From a virus (lineage: Duplodnaviria > Caudoviricetes), in the IMG/VR virus record IMGVR_UViG_3300032318_000522, positions 1 through 29,949 of that record: a stretch of 29,949 nt of DNA; one strand, written 5' to 3'. The translations under genes and the position numbers were made by a program. The notes below the pieces were generated by a model. The model saw nothing but the letters and a program-made list of their open reading frames with translations, made no database searches and was not told the DNA's origin. How positions within the stretch are numbered: position 1 is the first letter of the stretch; every line of letters begins with the position of its first letter. Positions 24,977-29,949 of the stretch are shown piece by piece.

Positions 24977-25312
24977 TTACGGCTCAAAGACCTCGACGAA
25001 GGTGGCGCTGATGTTGTTGAAGTTGCAAGACCGTAGCGTGGCCTGCCACTCCTTGCAGATGTACTTGCCGGCACTGGCGCGTGGTGGCGTCCAGTCAAAC
25101 GACTCGACAGCGCCGCGGGCCTCAAGGAAGGCCAGGATATTGTCCCGCTCAGTGTCGGTGCGGTTCAGGAACTGCAGCTGCCATTCCTTGCCATCGCGAT
25201 GCAGACCAAAGCCAATGCGCTGCTGGTAGCCGTCGCCCGCTTGAAAGGTGACGACGCGCGGCTTGCTTGCCTCGGTTGCGTCAAAACTTGGCGTGTAGGA
25301 AAAGGTTGCCAT
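24977..25312 (-). CDS. Minor tail protein gpM-like
   Basis: GDGYQQR, FLEARGAVESFDWTPP, ATFVEVFEP. Confidence 0.93.
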   Translation of the reverse strand: MATFSYTPSFDATEASKPRVVTFQAGDGYQQRIGFGLHRDGKEWQLQFLNRTDTERDNILAFLEARGAVESFDWTPPRASAGKYICKEWQATLRSCNFNNISATFVEVFEP

Positions 25313-27603
25313 TACGCGAGCAGGCCTCCGGGGCGTTTCTGGGTGACAATCTCATTCTTGACGGCTTCGCTGATTGCGCGCGCAAACTGCCCAGCACGGC
25401 CGTCATCGCCCTGGGCTTTGGTGCCGGTTGCGTCCACGTTGACGGTGACGTTGATCCCACCGCCGCCGCCGCCAGCGTCAACACCGAGCCGGCCATCACG
25501 ACCACGCCGCAGGGGCAGGATCGCCTCTGGCCCAGCCTCGCCCATCAGGCCGGTGCCGTTGGCAAACGGGAACAGGGTGGGCTTGTCAACGATGCCACCG
25601 CGGGCGAAAGGTTGAATCCCGTTCTGAGCAAAGACGCCGCCGTTGGCTAAGGTCAGACCAAAGATCCCGCCAACGCCCTTTAACAGCGGCGCAATGATGG
25701 CCTGCCGGATTGCGATTCGAGCGATGTCAGCGATGATGCTGTTGGCCAGATCAGCAAAGCTTAACTTACCGGTTGTAACGAAATTGGTTAGCTGATCCTC
25801 TAAACCTTGGAACGTATTAACTACAGCATCGCCAACCTGTGCGCCAAAGTTGCTGATTGATTGATAGTAAGCTTTGATTTTTTCGGCGAAGTTAGCACCA
25901 AAGCTATCCTCCTGCTCTTTCTGCTTTTTGTTTGTATCATCAAGCGCGGCAGCACGCTCGCGCAAAAGCCGAACGTGCTCCGCTAGCGCCGGGTTGGTCT
26001 TGGCAAGGATGTCAAGTTGCAGCAGGTTCACCTGAGCATTCAGCTTCTCCAGCTCGGTTAGTTCAGTCTTCCCGCGCTTGATCTCATCAATCTTGCTGTT
26101 GTATTCATCAAGGTTAGGAAGAAGATCCTTGAGACCTTGCAGGTAGTTCTTGTCTGCCAGCTCCATGTTCACGGCTGACAAGGTGTCGATCAGCGTTGCG
26201 AAGGGTTTCACATCCAGCGATCCACCGGCTTTATTGACTTCCCGTGCCAACTCCATCACGTCTTGCGTGAGGTTTTGAATCTGCCGCCTGTTTGATTCAT
26301 TCGCTGCGTTCTTGTCTTGCAGCAGCTTCTCGGTCGGTGATGCGCCGATGCCCGCGTAGGCAGCGGTTACGTCAGCGATGCTGTTGCGCAATTGATCCTG
26401 AAGCGTGATCGCTCTTTGCGTCAGATCGTTGCGCTGCTCCTCTAGCCGCTGCTGTTCAGTCAGCCTGCGCTTTGCTTCAGCCGCGGCCTTGTTGGCTGCC
26501 GCTTCGTTGCGAGCATCAATCGCGGATGTGTCCAACCCCATGGAACGGCCCGTACGCGGTCCCGTGCTGGGTGATGGTGCATTGGTCCAAATCTTCTGAA
26601 TCTGCGCGAAGTCTTGCTGCGCCTGCTGCATCAAAGAGCCGATCCGGTTTTGCGCCACAGAGATGGCACCGGCAAAGTCGCCCTGAACCGCCTTGCCCAG
26701 CATGTCCAGGTAAGCCACTGAGTTTTTGATCGCCACATCAACCAGCTTGATCGTGGCGTAAATCGCCGTGGCCGTTGCGCGCAGTCCAAAGATGAGCACA
26801 TCGAACAGCGCCGACCAGTCCTGCTCGGTGTCAAACAGATCGCCGAAGACCTCAAGGATTGACTGAAGCGCAGGCAACAGCGCGGCGGTTAGCTCCAGCT
26901 CAAACGCCTTCGTTCTAAGTCCAAGCTCGGTGAGTGATTCACCGAATAGATCTGATCGCTTTGTAAATTCTTCAAACTCCTGCGGAGTCAGTTTGGATTT
27001 AAATTGTTCCAAGCCGGCCGCGCCTTCATTCAGCAGCGGGATCAGGTCAGCGCCGGCTTTGCCAAACAATGCCACCGCAGCTGCGGACTTCTGAGCACCA
27101 TCGGGCATGTCGGCGAAGCGGTCAGCAATTTGCTTCAGCGCCTTGTCTGCTGGCACCACTTCGCCGTTGGCATCTTTGACGTTGACGCCGAGAGCCTGGA
27201 ACTTCCGCGCCAGATCTTCATTGCCTTCAGCCGCCTTGACAAGGTTCAAGTTGAGCTTGCCCAGACTCTTGCCCAATGCTTCCATGTCAACGCCGGCCAC
27301 CGTAGCAGCGTTGCCAATGGCGAACAGTGCTGGGGCAGCTACGCCAGTCTTGATCTGCAGGTCGTCAAGATCACCACCTAGGTCCATCGACTTCTTCACG
27401 ATCGCCGTCAGCCCTCCCACGATGGCGCTGCCAGCGATTGCAGCAGCGAACCCACCGACGGCAACCTTGAGGCCATTGAACGCCATGGCCGCGTTTTTGG
27501 TCTGACCCTGCAACCCTTGCAGGGAATTACCCAGCCGGCGGATGCCTTCTTCGCCAACAACGCTGGCCTTGATTCTGAGCAGGGCGTCCATGTTCGTCGC
27601 CAT
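25312..27603 (-). CDS. Tape measure protein (lambda gpH-like C-terminus)
   Basis: 763 aa, Ala-rich helical. LFGKAGADLIPLLN, FVTTGKLSF..LA.SII.D, FARGG, MGEAGPEAILPL, QKRPGGLL. Confidence 0.95.
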   Translation of the reverse strand: MATNMDALLRIKASVVGEEGIRRLGNSLQGLQGQTKNAAMAFNGLKVAVGGFAAAIAGSAIVGGLTAIVKKSMDLGGDLDDLQIKTGVAAPALFAIGNAATVAGVDMEALGKSLGKLNLNLVKAAEGNEDLARKFQALGVNVKDANGEVVPADKALKQIADRFADMPDGAQKSAAAVALFGKAGADLIPLLNEGAAGLEQFKSKLTPQEFEEFTKRSDLFGESLTELGLRTKAFELELTAALLPALQSILEVFGDLFDTEQDWSALFDVLIFGLRATATAIYATIKLVDVAIKNSVAYLDMLGKAVQGDFAGAISVAQNRIGSLMQQAQQDFAQIQKIWTNAPSPSTGPRTGRSMGLDTSAIDARNEAAANKAAAEAKRRLTEQQRLEEQRNDLTQRAITLQDQLRNSIADVTAAYAGIGASPTEKLLQDKNAANESNRRQIQNLTQDVMELAREVNKAGGSLDVKPFATLIDTLSAVNMELADKNYLQGLKDLLPNLDEYNSKIDEIKRGKTELTELEKLNAQVNLLQLDILAKTNPALAEHVRLLRERAAALDDTNKKQKEQEDSFGANFAEKIKAYYQSISNFGAQVGDAVVNTFQGLEDQLTNFVTTGKLSFADLANSIIADIARIAIRQAIIAPLLKGVGGIFGLTLANGGVFAQNGIQPFARGGIVDKPTLFPFANGTGLMGEAGPEAILPLRRGRDGRLGVDAGGGGGGINVTVNVDATGTKAQGDDGRAGQFARAISEAVKNEIVTQKRPGGLLA

Positions 27604-27604
27604 G

Positions 27605-27931
27605 TCAGCTGCTCCGGCTGTTAATGACCATCATCGCGGCTGATTCCATGACCTGCAGATCCTCCAGCAGCGCGCGTGGGTCTTCCACTGCGTACATCTT
27701 AAAGAGCCACGCCACAGCACCATAGTCCAGCCCGAGCACGCCGCTCATGGTGGTGCGCCATTGCGTCTGGCATCGCAGGAACATTTCAACCACCGGCCAG
27801 TTCTCTTCCAACAGCTCGAAGTCCGCGCGCGGCTGCTCGGGCATCACAATTCCCAGAGCAGCTGCATCAGCATCGGTTTCGTCAACCACACTGCCGCCGG
27901 CCCAATGCTCGGCGGCCTCGATCAGTTTTTT
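27605..27931 (-). CDS. Tail assembly chaperone gpT-like portion (DUF1799-like), probably made by -1 frameshift
   Basis: ENW.VVEMF...TQWR...G.LGLDY, LQVME.AA. Frame is open back to the slippery site. Confidence 0.85.
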   Translation of the reverse strand, partial: KKLIEAAEHWAGGSVVDETDADAAALGIVMPEQPRADFELLEENWPVVEMFLRCQTQWRTTMSGVLGLDYGAVAWLFKMYAVEDPRALLEDLQVMESAAMMVINSRSS

Positions 27932-28281
27932 CTCTTGGCTCCCTTGATGCTGTCCATGTACGCCTTCAGCACCGCCACCGCGAGCAAGGGAACTTCCATC
28001 AGCTGATCGAGTGCCTTCTGGCTGTAGGGGATCTCCTTCCCGTCATCGCCATTGATGCCGGACCAGCCCACCAGTACATCAGCTGCGATCTCGGTGACCC
28101 GCTCCAGGTCGCTGAAATCTTCCAGCTTCTGCAGCTCAGCCACCATGGGGCCGACCTTGCTCTGGGGCAGGCGCTTGAACTCGCCGTCGAATGTTTGCCG
28201 TTCATGGCGGCCACCATCAACAGGAACGTCAAAGGTGACCGGCCATGTGTAGGTGTCGGACTGCTTGAGAACAAACGCCAT
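27922..28281 (-). CDS. Tail assembly chaperone gpG-like
   Basis: MAFVL...YTWPV, FDGEFKRL, LVGWSGI, ends KRKN. Lies between tube and TMP. Confidence 0.88.
   Translation of the reverse strand: MAFVLKQSDTYTWPVTFDVPVDGGRHERQTFDGEFKRLPQSKVGPMVAELQKLEDFSDLERVTEIAADVLVGWSGINGDDGKEIPYSQKALDQLMEVPLLAVAVLKAYMDSIKGAKRKN
27925..27931 (-). other. -1 programmed frameshift heptamer A AAA AAC
   Basis: AGA AAA AAC TGA. The -1 frame continues KLIEAAEHWAGGSVVDETD into the downstream ORF. Confidence 0.85.
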
Positions 28282-28295
28282 AGAGGGAGCTCCTA

Positions 28296-29225
28296 TCAGG
28301 TGAAGGCTAGGCTGATTTCATCATTGCCGGCCGTGGTCGGTGTGGCCACGTACGGAACGCTCAGCATCTGCACGCCATCCTGATCCCCATAGGTTGGGTT
28401 GGTGATGTCGCACTGACCGGCGGTGAAGGTGGCACGGTTGCCGGCAGTGGTGCCGTGCAAGAACGTCAGGTTGCCGGTGGTCTCGGTCTGAGCAATGCCG
28501 AAGAAATCCTTCGCTGCCAGGGTTGGAGCCTCAAGCATCACAGTCCCGCTCGATGCGCGATTGGTGATCATGACTTCCTTGGTGCATCCCACCAGCTCGC
28601 GGTAGACCGTCTCATTGCCGATGTCGAAGGACACTGACTGCAGGCAGCCTGCGTAGGTGAAGAACTGGAAGGCCGAGGTGTTGCCCTGCTTGAAGATCAG
28701 GGGGCTGGCCTGGTTGCTGTAGGTCGTGGTCGGCAGCGCCGTGTCAGTCGGTGCATTGTAGATGCCCACCATCGTGAAGTCGAGGGTAGGGATCTGACCC
28801 ACCTCGGCGTTCATCGTGAAGGTGCCGCGGCAACCCGTCAGGATGTGGCGGATGCCGTCGTTGTTGAAGTAGATCGTCGCAGAGCTGAAGCTGCTGCTCA
28901 CCGGCGCATAGGTGACGCTGGTGCTGGCCACGATCGTTTCTGACAAGCCGCACGCCTGCAGGATGGCGCCATAGCGGGGTGCCGTGCCAGCGGTGCCAGA
29001 GCCTGCCAGCTCAACCTGAAAGGTGATGCTTGCCCGCGTGTTGGCCAGCAGCTGGGGGCTGTTGCCCAGATAGTTGCGGATCAGGTCGCGGCTGACGACA
29101 TCAGCCTCGATCGGGGTGATGTCCAGGTTGCGAACCAGCAGCGCATCGGATCCGGCCGGTGTGCTGTCGGTCCCGTACGTGGATTCCTTTTTAACTTGGA
29201 TCAGTCGCTTGCGTGTCAGAGCCAT
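28296..29225 (-). CDS. Major tail tube protein
   Basis: KKESTYGTD, ELAGSGTAGTAP, LQACG, GCRGT, HGTTAGN, GNDE. Position before the chaperones. Confidence 0.88.
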   Translation of the reverse strand: MALTRKRLIQVKKESTYGTDSTPAGSDALLVRNLDITPIEADVVSRDLIRNYLGNSPQLLANTRASITFQVELAGSGTAGTAPRYGAILQACGLSETIVASTSVTYAPVSSSFSSATIYFNNDGIRHILTGCRGTFTMNAEVGQIPTLDFTMVGIYNAPTDTALPTTTYSNQASPLIFKQGNTSAFQFFTYAGCLQSVSFDIGNETVYRELVGCTKEVMITNRASSGTVMLEAPTLAAKDFFGIAQTETTGNLTFLHGTTAGNRATFTAGQCDITNPTYGDQDGVQMLSVPYVATPTTAGNDEISLAFT

Positions 29226-29361
29226 CGCTCAGTTCCTCGGCTTGGGGTTCGGAGGGATTGGCCGGCTCTGTCCGCTCAATGAGCTTCCGTTTGCCGGTTT
29301 TGGGGTCCAGCAGGTAAGTGCCGCCTTGTCCCCTGTGTTCGTCTTCCATCGTAGCCATCAT
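29191..29361 (-). CDS. Small hypothetical protein between tail terminator and tube (start 29361 or 29349)
   Basis: Read manually: MEDEHRGQGGTYLLDPKTGKRKLIERT... Confidence 0.6.
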   Translation of the reverse strand: MMATMEDEHRGQGGTYLLDPKTGKRKLIERTEPANPSEPQAEELSDGSDTQATDPS

Positions 29362-29786
29362 GCTGTTGCCAGATTAGTCACACTGGTGCGGTAGCGGATC
29401 AAGAAGTCACAACTGATGACACCAGCTGGCTGGTCTGCTTCCACCATCTCGAAGTTCACGCTCTGCGGCTGAACGTCGATGGCCACACCGCCCAGCGTGA
29501 GATCGGCCATCAGCTTCGCGTGCAGGCTCTCAACCACCGGGTCGGCGATCTGGTCCGGGATGGCTCCGCGCACTATCACCGCGACCCGCACCGTGAGGCT
29601 CCAGTCGAGCGTCGGGAGGCTGGTGTTCTGTTGAGCGGTATCGCTCACCGGCTCGACCACGATCGCCGGACTCTCAGCCCGTGCCATCGGTTCCACCCTG
29701 CTGCGGTAGATCCGCGAGTCGACGCCGGTGGTGCCGGTCAACGCCGTCCGAACAGCGGCCATGATGGTCTCGCGTTTGGTTGCCAT
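29358..29786 (-). CDS. Tail terminator protein (gpU-like position)
   Basis: KRETIM, RIYRSR, PAIVV, LMADLTLGG, upstream of the tube gene. Confidence 0.75.
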   Translation of the reverse strand: MATKRETIMAAVRTALTGTTGVDSRIYRSRVEPMARAESPAIVVEPVSDTAQQNTSLPTLDWSLTVRVAVIVRGAIPDQIADPVVESLHAKLMADLTLGGVAIDVQPQSVNFEMVEADQPAGVISCDFLIRYRTSVTNLATA

Positions 29787-29789
29787 GGC

Positions 29790-29948
29790 TTAAGTCGATG
29801 CGACTTGAACGACAGTGCAGATGATGCCAGGGACGCTCGGGTGAGCGTAGGGACTGGTCTGGGCTGCCTCAGCATGGATGTAGGCTGCGACGTTGCTGGT
29901 CGCCCAAATCAGCTCGAGGTAGTCGTTGGTAGTCAAGCCCAACACAAA
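29790..29948 (-). CDS. 3' end of a virion structural protein (partial)
   Basis: Open from the right edge: FVLGLTTNDYLELIWAT...HPSVPGIICTVVQVAST*. Confidence 0.55.
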   Translation of the reverse strand, partial: FVLGLTTNDYLELIWATSNVAAYIHAEAAQTSPYAHPSVPGIICTVVQVAST

Positions 29949-29949
29949 G

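Noticed and set aside
1-29949. tRNA, rRNA or photosynthesis auxiliary genes
   Set aside because: None recognised, and intergenic gaps are short and otherwise explained.

Overview
About 30 kb of a GC-rich, lambda-like tailed phage (siphovirus), probably infecting a picocyanobacterium (Cyanobium/Synechococcus-like). The host call is an inference from gene content and frequent CGATCG sites. The window looks like most of a circularly permuted genome. A divergent promoter at ~8.1 kb drives leftward helicase, VRR-NUC-like nuclease, primase/VapE, a gpZ-like gene, a cos-like site, terS, terL and a head-joining gene. Rightward it drives RecE/RecT-like recombination genes, HTH/SSB-like genes, many small accessory ORFs, thyX and DUF3310. 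The right half is a minus-strand tail module (terminator, tube, frameshifting chaperones, tape measure, M/L/K/I/J, fiber), then lysis genes, dcd and an HNH nuclease. Portal and capsid lie outside the window, and no integrase or repressor was seen. The best candidate for an undescribed system is a coupled two-gene cassette (12143-12717): a small beta-rich protein plus an almost pure Gly-Tyr/Asp/Thr repeat protein. Also notable: a Fur-box-like palindrome beside a lambda cosQ-identical heptamer, a duplicated promoter with an upstream HLR1-like direct repeat, a 24-nt in-frame repeat shared by two genes, and several gene remnants. No searches were run. Family calls rest on motif recognition.
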